Source: Macrostomum lignano (lineage: Eukaryota). From it: 64,000 bases of DNA. The stretch lies in NCBI GenBank assembly GCA_002269645.1, contig NIVC01000261.1, positions 124,001-188,000 of the forward strand. The letters run 5' to 3'. The position numbers were made by a program, and so were the translations under genes. Positions 11,841 through 23,090 of this stretch are shown here, piece by piece. The notes under the pieces are model-generated. The model saw only the letters and a list, made by a program, of their open reading frames with translations, ran no database searches and was not told the DNA's origin. Within the stretch, counting starts at the first letter, position 1. The number at the start of each line of letters is the position of its first letter.

Positions 11841-14800
11841 TCTGGTGCAGTGCAGCGCTTTCTGTTATCCCTCTCCGTCCGCATTGTACTTGGTCTCCGC
11901 TAGGATCACCCCTTGGGGTTAAGAGTGGGCGGGTCCTTTGTACTCGACCCTGGGTTAAAAACTCGCATTTGGAGGCTCTGGGGAGAGTTGCAGTGGAGTT
12001 CAACAAATTTCTGATAAGATCTCTTGCGGGGCATGACACTCGTCTCGAAATAATAAAAACCTGAACAAGTGCTGGATGCCCTTACTAGTTGGCGGGTTGT
12101 TACCTCTACAATTGTGTACTATTTCTGTCAATATTTTCCCCTGCATTATGTCAATATGTGCTACAGCGTGTCATAATATGATACTTTACGCACTAATATG
12201 TATCATAATTTTCCTGCATTATGCCTGCTTCTGTCTCTACGATGTGTGTATTTTAGCCTATGCATCTACATAATTCGAATCTACAGTGTGTGCATATGCA
12301 CCTGCATTATACTTGTATCTACTGTGCGTATGTGTATTTCAACCTATGTTTTACAATATACTAGCATCTACAAGCGCCTACTACACTAATGAGTAGGTTC
12401 TGTGTGTTATACCTACTATTTTGTCTATTTCACCTACTTTTCTGCCAAAATATCGATAAAATGCACCTACATTGTGTGTTTTTTGCTGCCCATATGCTTA
12501 ATTCTATATGTCCGTACACCTATATGTTTCGTAATATGCATTATGCCCTGATATTTACACCTACTGATGTGATTAATATGTGTTTTGCTTACTTTTTACG
12601 TAAATATACGCAATTTCACCTACTATAAGTAGTTTTCACTAGCCTAATTTTGTGTTAATAGGTATTGTTGACTACAAATCGATGTACACTCATATCGGGA
12701 GAGTGTACACTCATATTGGGAGAGTGTAAACTTGTATTGGGAGAGTGTACACTTGTATTGGGAGAGTGTACACTTGTATTGGGAGAGTGTACACTTGTAT
12801 TGGGAGAGTGTACACTCATATTGGAAGAGTGTACCTTCGGCTCGGGAGGGGGGCGCCCGCGGCGTACATTTCAGGGGGCCGCTTGGCACCTGTGGCTCGA
12901 GTGCCATATGGTAGGGTGTACATGTCGGGGTACATGTCGGTAGGGTCGCCTGCGACATACATGTTGGGTACATGTCGGGAGGGTCGCCTGCGGCATACAT
13001 GTCGGGAGGGTTGCCTGCGTCATACATATCAGGGCGCATGGACGGGGCTCGAGTGGTGTACTCTTTGTGTGAATGCATTCTTGGTGTGTAACTCTTGACC
13101 GTCCCTCCAGGAGCACTGCAAGTAGACTAGTATGGCTTGGTATTCGGAGTTGGCGTGTGTACGCAATATACTCTTTGTAATATTTACCTGACCTGGGTTT
13201 GTAAGGTATAATAACATATAAATGACTACTGTTGACCAGTTGACGCATCTGGATGGTGTGATAAAAACTAATAACGTACCGCGATTTCGAGAGAAATCCT
13301 AGCACAATACTGTTCTGTCTGGCATGTGGAAAAGTATTTACCCCGCCTTCGCTTACTCATACTGCCTACCGACAAAGCTTATCTCTATTAGCAATCTGTT
13401 CGTGGTGGTTTAGAAGGATACTGTCTTCCTGTATATAGCTCTCTATCCCTCATCACTCGTAATAACTTCATAAATGCTCGCTTGACCAATGGCTGGTACT
13501 GAACTAATAATTCATACGATACATATTGGTTAATACTTTCTAACTCCGTACAGCTCACAAGTTTCTACTCTCTACCTTATCAGTAACATTAAAATGAAAA
13601 AGGTAAAATTTGCTGGTTTTGTGCCTTGTTTGCTTACTTTTCTATTAAAATACTTGCGGTTTATAATTAAAAATGTCTGCTTTTTATTCAATTTTATGTG
13701 GTTTGAAGGTTTATTTTTGCTAAAATGCCTGGTTTCTTATAAAAATTTCTACTCTCGACAATGATTGTGTCAGCTATTTCATTAAAATAACCTACTTTTT
13801 GAATAAAACGTTGTATTTAAGCCCCTAGTTTTTTTTCAAAACATAATGGAAACCCTCACAACGCCCTTGGAACCTCCTCAAGCAGCTTACATAGAGCATG
13901 CAGACCCCGAAACCCCCTCTAGTGTGCCCTGATTTCAGCGGTCTGACGGTTAAGATCTGTATTTTTACACTATATTTTCCTTCATGCAGCAATACAGGAG
14001 GGTTTGGAAGAGTGAGTCTGGCGGGAGAGGGGCTTGTGGGGTGATGAGGATGCGTACACACAGTTTAGCCTGTTTTAGCCTACCTTTTGGGCTAATATAC
14101 TTACTATTATTACTACCATTATACCTACTATGTACATACTATTATACTACCCGCTATTAAATATGCTGCACTAAAACCAACTTTTGATAATACATAGCGT
14201 GTTTTGGTCGATTCTCCCTCACGTCTCTGCGCCTACACATGTGCTCTGCTCGCTTTGTTCTCTGTTTGTGTACCTCTCTGTAACGTCTCTGTACGCTCAG
14301 ACTGGTTTCTCCGTCCCCGCACGCACCTCTACTAAAGTTTGCTGTTACCTACCCCTACACACTGCTCTCTGTCTCCCTCCGCGCACACCTCTCTGGCCTT
14401 GCATGCAACTTGCATGTCTACTCCCCTGTCCTGCCCTCGCGTGGGTCCCTGTCTATACATGGCTACCGGACCCTACCTCTCTGTGCCTTGCTCGGAACTC
14501 TGTCCCAGGCCCCCTTCACACTTCTCTGTCCCGGGCTGCAACTGGCTACACGCGCCTCTGTTCCCCTGCCCGCGTGGCTGCCTACCCCTGCACACTGCTT
14601 TCTGTCCCTCCTATCCGCGCCTCTCTATCATCCTATTCCTGCAGCTGACCATGCCGTTCAGCTCTGTCCACGCACGGCTCCACCCCTGCCCGTGTCTCAC
14701 TGTACCGCCCTGTGTGGCTCCCTTACCCTGCGCGTTTGCTTCCTATCTCCCTCCTGCTCCATATGTTTCTGTTCCCTCACACTACGCACGCGTGGCCTGC

Positions 14801-15283
14801 TCTCTGTCCATACACATCTCTGCTCCTCCACTCTATCCTCGCGTGGCCCCTTGACTGTTCGCATGCCCCTGCATACCCTGCCTGCCTCTCTGTCCCCTGC
14901 AACTGGGGAGGGAGCTCTCTATCCTCTGTACGGCTCTCTCTGTGGGGGTGTGTGTGACTCACACTGTCTCTCTGTCCTAGCATGCGCCTCTCTATCCGGC
15001 TCCTGCAGCAGGCTGTGTTATTCACATCTCTTTCCACCCACCCTCTGCCCGTACACGCTCACTGTACAGGGCTGCGTCAGCATCGGGGTTAAAACTTCTC
15101 GCTCCCTATGCTTCAACAGTATAACAACCTAGTGGCTGGTTCTCTGTCCGCCCCACCCCTCTCTGCCCGTACACGCTCACTGTACAGGGCTGCGTCAGCA
15201 TCAGGGTTAAAACTTCTCGCTCCCTATACCCCCAAACCGTGTAGTGGCCTAGTATGGGCGCGACCTGGGTTCGATTTCGCTAG
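8114..15283. repeat. Large interrupted palindrome, copy 2: left arm 8114-11156 (lacks first 400 bp), spacer 11157-11838, right arm 11839-15283
   Basis: Same ORF set recurs at an offset of about 7706-7713 (4938->12644, 7070->14777, 1978->9690). Right arm again ends ...gatttcgctag at 15283. Confidence 0.97.
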
Positions 15284-15769
15284 TTGAGATGTGGCTGAGA
15301 GAGGGGAAGAGGCTAGGTGGGGGCAGGGCGTGAGGTATAGGGTGCCTGCGGGGTACGTATCGTTGACTACATATCGGGAGAGTGTACACCTGTATTGGGC
15401 GAGTGTACACCCATATCGGGAGAGTGGGAGAGTGTACATATCGGGAGAGTGTACCTTTGGCTCGGGAGAGTGTACATTTGGCTCGGGAGAGTGTACCTTT
15501 GGCTCGGGAGAGTGTACACTCGGGGTGCCTGCGGTTTGGGGCGCCTGCGGCATGGGCGCCTGCTGCTCTGGAGGGAGGGCATACATATCGGGAGGGAGGG
15601 CATACATATCGGGGTACATATCGGGAGGGTGGGCATGTCGGTACATGTCGGGAGGGTGCGCCTGCGGCATGGGCGCCTGATTGGCCAGCCAATGAGAGGC
15701 GAGGAGGGTTGACACCCACCCCACCTCCAAAAAGGGCGGATCTACCGGCCCATAGTAGTGTTAGCATTT

Positions 15770-16405
15770 ATTTTGGCGCGGCAGGCACTTATTTTAATGC
15801 GGCAGGCACTTATTTTAGTGCGGCAGGCACTCATTTTAGTGCGGCAGGCACTCATTTTAATGCGGCAGGCACTCATTTTAGTGCGGCAGGCACTCATTTT
15901 AATGCGGCAGGCACTCATTTTAGTGCGGCAGGCACTCATTTTAATGCGGCAGGCACTTATTTTAGTGCGGCAGGCACTTATTTTAGTGCGGCAGGCACTC
16001 ATTTTAGTGCGGCAGGCACTCATTTTAGTGCGGCAGGCACTCATTTTAGTGCGGCAGGCACTTATTTTAGTGCGGCAGGCACTTATTTTAATGCGGCAGG
16101 CACTCATTTAAGTGCGGCAGGCACTTATTTTAGTGCGGCAGGCACTCATTTTAGTGCGGCAGGCACTCATTTTAGTGCGGCAGGCACTTATTTTAGTGCG
16201 GCAGGCACTCATTTTAGTGCAGCAGGCACTCATTTTAGTGCGGCAGGCACTTATTTTAGTGCGGCAGGCACTCATTTTAGTGCGGCAGGCACTCATTTTA
16301 GTGCGGCAGGCACTCATTTTAGTGCGGCAGGCACTCATTTTAGTGCGGCAGGCACTTATTTTAATGCGGCAGGCACTCATTTAAGTGCGGCAGGCACTCA
16401 TTTTA
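15770..16405 (+). repeat. 21-bp minisatellite (gcggcaggcactcattttagt), about 30 units
   Basis: Tandem array read directly; truncated 3-unit copy at about 8063-8119. Confidence 0.95.
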
Positions 16406-16579
16406 GCGCCACAGGCGCAGGCACGATCATTTTGGCGCGGATCGGGAGACAGGCGCTCAGAACACCCCGCCCCCCGACCGGCAAACCACAACCCCTCCCC
16501 CATGCCCCAACGCCTTGCGGGCGCAGTTGTACCCGCTCAGCCAATAGGAATGCGCCAATTATATTGTTAAAAGCCAATT

Positions 16580-19263
16580 ATGGCCATGAAGGTGATTTTA
16601 ACAAACAGCAATAAAAAAGTGGACTTCGGTTACCCACAAAACTTGGCTATCGTCTCGAGGGTTTAGTCAGTCGAGGGAAATTTTATTTACTTATTCATTT
16701 TCTTATGTGAAGGCGTGAAGCTTGTGGGGATGTGATGGCGTGAAGCTAGTTGGGATGTGAAGGCGTGAAGCTAGTGGGGATGTGATGGCGTGAAGCTAGT
16801 TGGGATGTGAAGGCGTGAAGCTAGTGGGGATGTGAAGGCGTGAAGCTAGTAGGGATGTGAAGGCGTGAAGCTAGTGGAGATGTGAAGGCGTGAAGCTAGT
16901 GGGGATGCGAAGGCGTGAAGCTAGTGGGGATGTGATGGCGTGAAGCTAGTGGAGATATGATGGCGTGAAGCTAATGGGGATGTGATGGCGTGAAGCTAGT
17001 GGAGATGTGATGGCGTGAAGCTAATGGGGATGCGAAGGCCTGAAGCTAGTGGGGATGTGATGGCGTGAAGCTAGTGTGGATGTGATGGCCTGAAGCTAGT
17101 GGGGATGTGATGGCGTGAAGCTAGTGTGGATGTGATGGCCTGAAGCTAGTGGGGATGTGAAGGCCTGAAGCTAGTGGGGATGTGATGGCCTGAAGCTAGT
17201 GGGAATGTGAAGGCGTGAAGCTAGTGGGGATGTGAAGGCGTGAAGCTAGTGGGGATGCGAAGGCGTGAAGCTAGTGGGGATGTGATGGCGTGAAGCTAGT
17301 AGGGATGTAAAGGCGTGAAGCTAGAGGGAATGTGAAGGCGTGAAGCTAGTGGGGATGCGAAGGCGTGAAGCTAGTGGGGATGCGAAGGCGTGAAGCTTGT
17401 GGGGATGTGAAGGCGTGAAGCTAGTGGGGATGTGAAGGCGTGAAGCTAGTGGGGATGCGAAGGCCTGAAGCTAGTGGGGATGCGAAGGCCTGAAGCTAGT
17501 GGGGATGTGATGGCCTGAAGCTAGTGTGGATGTGATGGCCTGAAGCTAGTGGGGATGTGAAGGCCTGAAGCTAGTGGGGATGTGATGGCCTGAAGCTAGT
17601 GGGGATGTGATGGCCTGAAGCTAGTGGGGATGTGAAGGCCTGAAGCTAGTGGGGATGTGAAGGCGTGAAGCTAGTAGGGATGTGAAGGCGTGAAGCTAGT
17701 GGGGATGTGAAGGCGTGAAACTATAGTGAGGATGTGAAGGCGTGAAGCTAGTGGGGATGCGAAGGCGTGAAGCTAGTGGGGATGTGATGGCGTGAAGCTA
17801 GTGGGGATGTGATGGCGTGAAGCTAGTGGGGATGCGAAGGCCTGAAGCTAGTGGGGATGTGATGGCGTGAAGCTAGTGGGGATGTGAAGGCGTGAAACTA
17901 GTGGGGATGTGAAGGCGTGAAGCTAGTGGAGATGTGATGGCGTGAAGCTAATGGGGATGCGAAGGCCTGAAGCTAGTGGGGATGTGAAGGCGTGAAGCTA
18001 GTAGGGATGTGAAGGCGTGAAGCTAGTGGGGATGTGAAGGCCTGAAGCTAGTGGGGATGTGAAGGCGTGAAGCTAATGGGGATGTGAAGGCGTGAAGCTA
18101 GTAGGGATGTGAAGGCGTGAAGCTAGTGGGGATGTGAAGGCGTGAAGCTAATGGGGATGTGAAGGCGTGAAGCTAGTGGGGATGTGAAGGCGTGAAGCTA
18201 GTGGGGATGTGAAGGCGTGAAGCTAGTAGGGATGTGAAGGCGTGAAGCTAGTGGGGATGTGAAGGCGTGAAGCTAGTGGGGATGTGAAGGCGTGAAGCTA
18301 GTGGGGATGTGAAGGCCTGAAGCTAGTGGGGATGTGAAGGCGTGAAGCTAGTGGGGATGTGAAGGCGTGAAGCTAGTGGGGATGTGAAGGCGTGAAGCTA
18401 GTAGGGATGTGAAGGCGTGAAGCTAGTAGGGATGTGAAGGCGTGAAGCTAGTAGGGATGTGAAGGCGTGAAGCTAGTAGGGATGTGAAGGCGTGAAGCTA
18501 GTTCGCTACTCCAGTCTCCGCTCTGCTTGCAGCGGCCTGCCTGACCCAGCTGGTCCACTGCGAGTGCCTGCCGGGCTTCTGGCACCGCCTGAGCAGCCAA
18601 CAGTGCCTGCCTGAGAACCTGACAGTATGGGCGACTCAGACTCCGAGAGGAATCATCGAGTGTCTATACGAGGCTGGCTCGAGCGGCCTGAAGGTGGCCC
18701 AGTTCGACTCGGACACTCGCCAGTGCTCGCTCTTCCAATACACCGCAGTGTGCCACCTCATCGATGGACTCGCTGCTGCAGAGAGCTTGCAGCCTCCCCC
18801 CTCCCGCTGTGCCGCATTCGCCAATGCCAGAGCCGCCAAGTTCCTCACCTTGAGCAGGAAGCTCATGCTGGGTGTGGGCTCGAAGCTGCAGAGGGCCGCC
18901 TGGGTGATGAACGAGGATGCGGACGCCAGCAGGGGCAACTTGGTGTGCGGCCAGACGCAGCAGTGGATGTCGGAGAATGTGGAGTGGAGCAGCGAGGGAG
19001 TCAAGCTCGACGGAGTGTCGTCCAAGATGTGGCTGGAGAACGTGGAGTTTGCGAACTACCAGCAGCCATTCTCGTGGCTGGTCAGGCTCAAGCGGGAGAT
19101 CAAGCAAGCAGCAATTCTTGACAGCTACGACTGCACCGCCAAGGTCGATGGAGCCGCCTTATGGGACGGCACGCCAACTATCCAAGGCCTGTACCTCCAC
19201 AGAGTCGCTTTGAGTTTTTATACAATGTACTTACAAAACCGCTCCGGAAACGAACTCGTTTGA
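16580..19263 (+). CDS. Putative secreted protein with PAN/apple-like and LamG/concanavalin A-like domains; model join(16580-16591, 18502-19263)
   Basis: Frame is open 18502-19263: hydrophobic leader FATPVSALLAAACLTQLVHC, Cys-spaced segment ending AQFDSDTRQCSLF (PAN-like), then GVKLDGVSSKMWL...FSWLVRLK (LamG-like). ATG GCC ATG AAG|gtgatt at 16580-16591 supplies an in-phase start (MAMKFATPV...). First exon, acceptor and 3' end are uncertain; domain calls are from motif recognition only. Confidence 0.6.
16705..18501 (+). repeat. 25-bp minisatellite (gaaggcgtgaagctagtggggatgt), about 72 units, filling a putative intron
   Basis: Tandem array read directly. Confidence 0.97.
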
Positions 19264-19398
19264 CCCGAATTCGTTCGTGGAAGTCGGCGTGAAATTGACG
19301 TCTATCTTAAGCCAAACATTTTTTTCTATAAATAGGCTATAAATAAATCCCGTTGCTCCTACCCCAAATGCTTTATTCTAGTTACTGTAATCCACACT

Positions 19399-19775
19399 GC
19401 TTTAATCCCAGTTGCTTTAATCCCAGTTGCTTTAATCCCAGTTGCTTCAATCCCAGTTGCTTTAATCCCAGTTGCTTTAATCCCATGCAGTTGCTTTAAT
19501 CCCAGTTGCTTCAATCCCAGTTGCTTCAATCCCAGTTGCTTCAATCCCAGTTGCTTCAATCCCAGTTGCTTTAATCCCAGTTGCTTTAATCCCATGCAGT
19601 TGCTTTAATCCCAGTTGCTTCAATCCCAGTTGCTTCAATCCACGTTGCTTCAATCCCAGTTGCTTCAATCCCAGTTGCTTCAATCCCAGTTGCTTTAATC
19701 CCAGTTGTTTTAATCCCAGTTGCTTTAATTCCAGTTGCTTTAATCCACGTTGCTTTAATCCCAGTTGCTTCAATT
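19399..19775 (+). repeat. 15-bp minisatellite (tttaatcccagttgc)
   Basis: Tandem array read directly; source of the GLKQL pseudo-ORFs. Confidence 0.95.
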
Positions 19776-20635
19776 GATTTATCCCCGGTTGTTTTAAAAA
19801 TCCCGATTAGTTAGTCCCGCGTGTTTAAGTCCAAGATGCTTTAATAAAAATTCTCCTTTCGCAGTTGTTTTAGTTACATGTGGCTGTAATATTTACCTGG
19901 CACCTTCACGTCCGCAATTCTCGTCAAAGTTACTCAATATTCATCAATTTATTGAAATACTGGTAAGTTGTGATATGATGCAAAGGTTTCGTATTAATTC
20001 TTATTTTTAGTTTATTGGAGACTTAATTAAAGCACTGTTGTATTATAGCAGCTTGCCTGAATTACGCGTATTAAAAACGATACTCTGACAAAATCCGTTT
20101 GCAGCATGTAGTTTTGATAATAATTAGCTCCATTGATATAATTACTTAGATAAGAGCGTGCGGCATTTTTTGTCGCCTAATATAGAAAATTAGGAAGGCT
20201 TCTTTTATGAATCTATCTATTATGAAAGTGTGCACAGTGATGACATCAATTGCACCGCATCGTGCTATACTCATACACGACAATTGTTTTGAAGGCACGA
20301 AACTTTTGATATCTGCACTGCCACTCACTCGCCTAGGTGACAAACAAACAGAACCCTAATTGACTACGATCGTTGCTTGCCGGCTAATTACTATACCAAC
20401 ACGCACGCAGTCCCACATTGCTTTTTCACCTTCCTCCGATTTAAAACACCAGCGTGCGCCTGCACCCCGCCAGTCCCTCCTAACATCCAGCTGGGATGAC
20501 TCACCAACCTCAGCGCCACACTTTACAGCCCTAAACACCGGTCCCCGCGACAAAACCAACCCCACCACCCCCAAGGCAGTGTGAACCACCCGAGACCATA
20601 AAATTTTCCGTCTCCCCAACCCACCCCCCTCTGGG

Positions 20636-20770
20636 CCAATCAGGCGCTGCCGGCCGGTCAACCAAAATAAAAACTACCCCGTGCCAAGCTCGCCAATTGG
20701 AAGGGGGTGGGCCGGACCGGCTAACTGGTCTATAAAAGATAAGCGCCGCGTGTCTCGCCCCTTATCGCAG
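20636..20770 (+). promoter_or_regulatory. Probable Pol II core promoter of the CCCH gene
   Basis: CCAAT at 20636-20640 and a second near 20693, TATAAAA at 20731-20737, Inr-like tcgcagt about 28 nt downstream of the TATA start, ATG at 20862. Confidence 0.55.
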
Positions 20771-20861
20771 TAAGATTGTTGTTCAATACGAATCTGCCTG
20801 ATAAATAGTGAAATAGGCATTGAATTTAACAACAAGATACATTTGCATTTAATTTCTTACA

Positions 20862-23090
20862 ATGGAAGATCATCACCAGCAGCAGCAGCAGACTGTAGCT
20901 CAGCCTTCGGGTAGTTCAACTGACGCGACCGCCCACGGTTACATCAACCACAGCCCCGAAGAGCAGCCGCCTGTTTCAACAGCCACAGCTTCGGGCATGG
21001 ACTTCTACAGTCAGATTCAGCAGCAGCAGCCGCCGCAACAGCATTTTATGCCATACGCTATGAGCTACCATCCAGGCGCTGTGCCAATGCTTTACTCCGA
21101 TCCGATGTACAGCACCGCGAATCGTCAGCAGGTGACACCGTGCAGCGGCCAGGGCCAGCAGCAGCAGCAGATGCTGCCAGCAGATCCGTACTACTACATG
21201 CAGTACCAGCACATGGCAGCCGCCGCCGCAGCCGCAGCAGCTTTTGCTATGCAGCAGCAGCAGCAGCTGTCACCTTCGACTAATTCTGCTCAACAACAGT
21301 CAACTCCGCAGTCTCTGCAGCAGCAAAAACAGCAAGAGCAGCAAATTCCGTACATCGTGAACCCCTACTATCCGCCGCCGCCGCCTCTGCCTCCATCAAT
21401 GTGCTACTATCCGTATATGCAGTCGTCGCAGCCTCCCCTGCCGCCTCCATCGGCTGCTGCCAATGGCACTGTTGAGACTGCTCAACAACCAGGTCCGGAG
21501 TCTCCGCCTCAGTCTGTGCCTGCAGCTGCCACTGTGGCTTCGCCGCCTCCGGCTACTTCTCAGCAGCCGCTGATGCTTCCTGCACTGACGGCCGCACAGT
21601 TCTCGGTCCCGCCGCCGCCTATGCAGCTGCAGCATCCGATGCAGACGCTCGTCTATGAAGGCAACGGTTACCAGGGCTATCCAGGTCAGTGATTTTAATT
21701 TATAGATATCAAATTCTTTTTTATATTTTTCTGCAACTAATTGCAGATTAACCCATTTGCTAGTAATAGGGCTATCAAAGATGCAACACTCGAAATCCAT
21801 AGAAAAATTTTTGAAGGCCATTTTTCGCCGAAAAATACACTACCGAAATAGGAAGTTTTCATTTTTGCAGCACAAAAACTGTTATAATTGCTTTCGATTT
21901 AGATGAGGCAGACGGCAGACCCAATGTTCATCTTTTAATATGTTGTGCCTTTCTTAGCTCTATGGATAGCTTTTCGGTCAGAAAATTAGGATTTTATGTA
22001 AATTTCTTATTCTACGTTCTATATAGTGGCTCTTAATCCTATCGAAAGCAATAATAAATAGAATAATTTCAATCTCCGTAATCTATTATTGTTCGGCGAA
22101 AAGTGGCCTTCAAAACTTTTGTTTCCATGAAACGCGAGTGTCGCGTCCTGTATATACGTATATATCAGTAGTCAATCAAGTACATTATATATGCATAACT
22201 ATATCGTTATTTTTCTGCACTTAATTCGTTCAGGCTACAGCGACCAGCATCAGCAATACTCGTACTATCCAGTACCTGTGCAGCAGAATCAGGCCCCGCA
22301 ACTAGAGGAGGCTGGCACCCAGCATCATCAGCAGCAGTTGGAAGCTCCAGCCCCAGCACGCCACCAGCAGCAGAATCAGCAGCAGTCTTATCCCATTACT
22401 CCGCGTCGCAAGAACGGCTACATGCACAACATTCTGTACAAGACCGAGCTCTGCCGCGACGTGCAAGACAAAGGCCAGTGCCCGCGCGGCAAGACCTGCC
22501 AGTTCGCTCATTCGCCAGCCGAGCTGCACGATCCCAGGCGTCATCCGCTCTACAAGACCGCTTTCTGCTTCGATTATAAGAATCGCGGCTTCTGCCCGCG
22601 CGGGCCTCACTGCTTTCACGTGCACGACCTGTCTGAGCTGAAGACTCCGCCAGCTTTCATTACTCCGCCTCAAGTTCTGTTGCCGCCTGCCGCATCTGCT
22701 GCTACCCCTTTTGCTGCTTCTGGAAGCAACCCAAGGTCGGCTAAGACTCATGCTGGACGGTACAATCGGCGCAGGAATGTACCGCAGCAGCAGCAGCAGC
22801 AACAGAAGCCAGATGACTCTGTTCAGCAGAAGGATCAGCAGGATAATTCGGAGACTCCGTTCAACTATTTGATGAAGAAGTTGCAGAATGGCAAACAGCA
22901 GCAGCAGTCCAGTGCCGAGTTGCAGCCTCTGCTGCTGGAAGATGCCAAGAAGAACCAGCAGGAGAAGAAGTCTTCTGTTGATAGCGACTGCAAGGAATCT
23001 GCCGCTGCAGCTGACGGCATTCGGGACAAAGCTGACAGTCTTTGTTTGGACGACGCTTTCGCTCTGGAACCGGTTCGCAGCGCTCAGTAG
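20862..23090 (+). CDS. Gln/Pro-rich tandem CCCH zinc-finger RNA-binding protein (TIS11/ZFP36/TTP-like); join(20862-21684, 22234-23090), 559 aa
   Basis: YKTEL-C-x8-C-x5-C-x3-H, 18-aa linker ending YKTAF, second C-x8-C-x5-C-x3-H. Phase-1 intron CCAG|gtcagt ... ttcag|GCTAC joins both ORFs in frame. Confidence 0.92.

Larger units (their letters stand above)
401..15821 (+). repeat. Direct tandem duplication of about 7.7 kb (401-8113 and 8114-15821)
   Basis: Unit 1 ends after three copies of the 21-bp gcggcaggcact array and joins arm position 401 through the shared hexamer GGCAGG (8114-8119 = 401-406). Unit 2 runs on into the full array at 15770-16405. Confidence 0.93.

Noticed and set aside
160-15132. 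Numerous 60-240 aa ORFs in the palindrome arms
   Set aside because: Low-complexity Cys/Leu/Pro-rich translations of AG-rich sequence, overlapping in several frames, disrupted by indels between near-identical copies, no recognisable domain (no transposase, RT, recombinase or Rep motifs seen).
15382-16614. 410-aa ORF with about 30 SAAGTHF heptads, superficially like an antifreeze or ice-binding repeat protein
   Set aside because: It is the translation of a 21-bp minisatellite plus the GTGTACAC module; unit length divisible by 3 keeps the frame open, the reverse strand is similarly open, and the copy at 7674-8219 runs across a rearrangement junction.
18627-19213. Alternative-frame and antisense ORFs overlapping the PAN/LamG exon (similar ones overlap the CCCH, phosphatase and convertase exons)
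   Set aside because: Shadows of GC-rich coding sequence; only one frame carries recognisable motifs.
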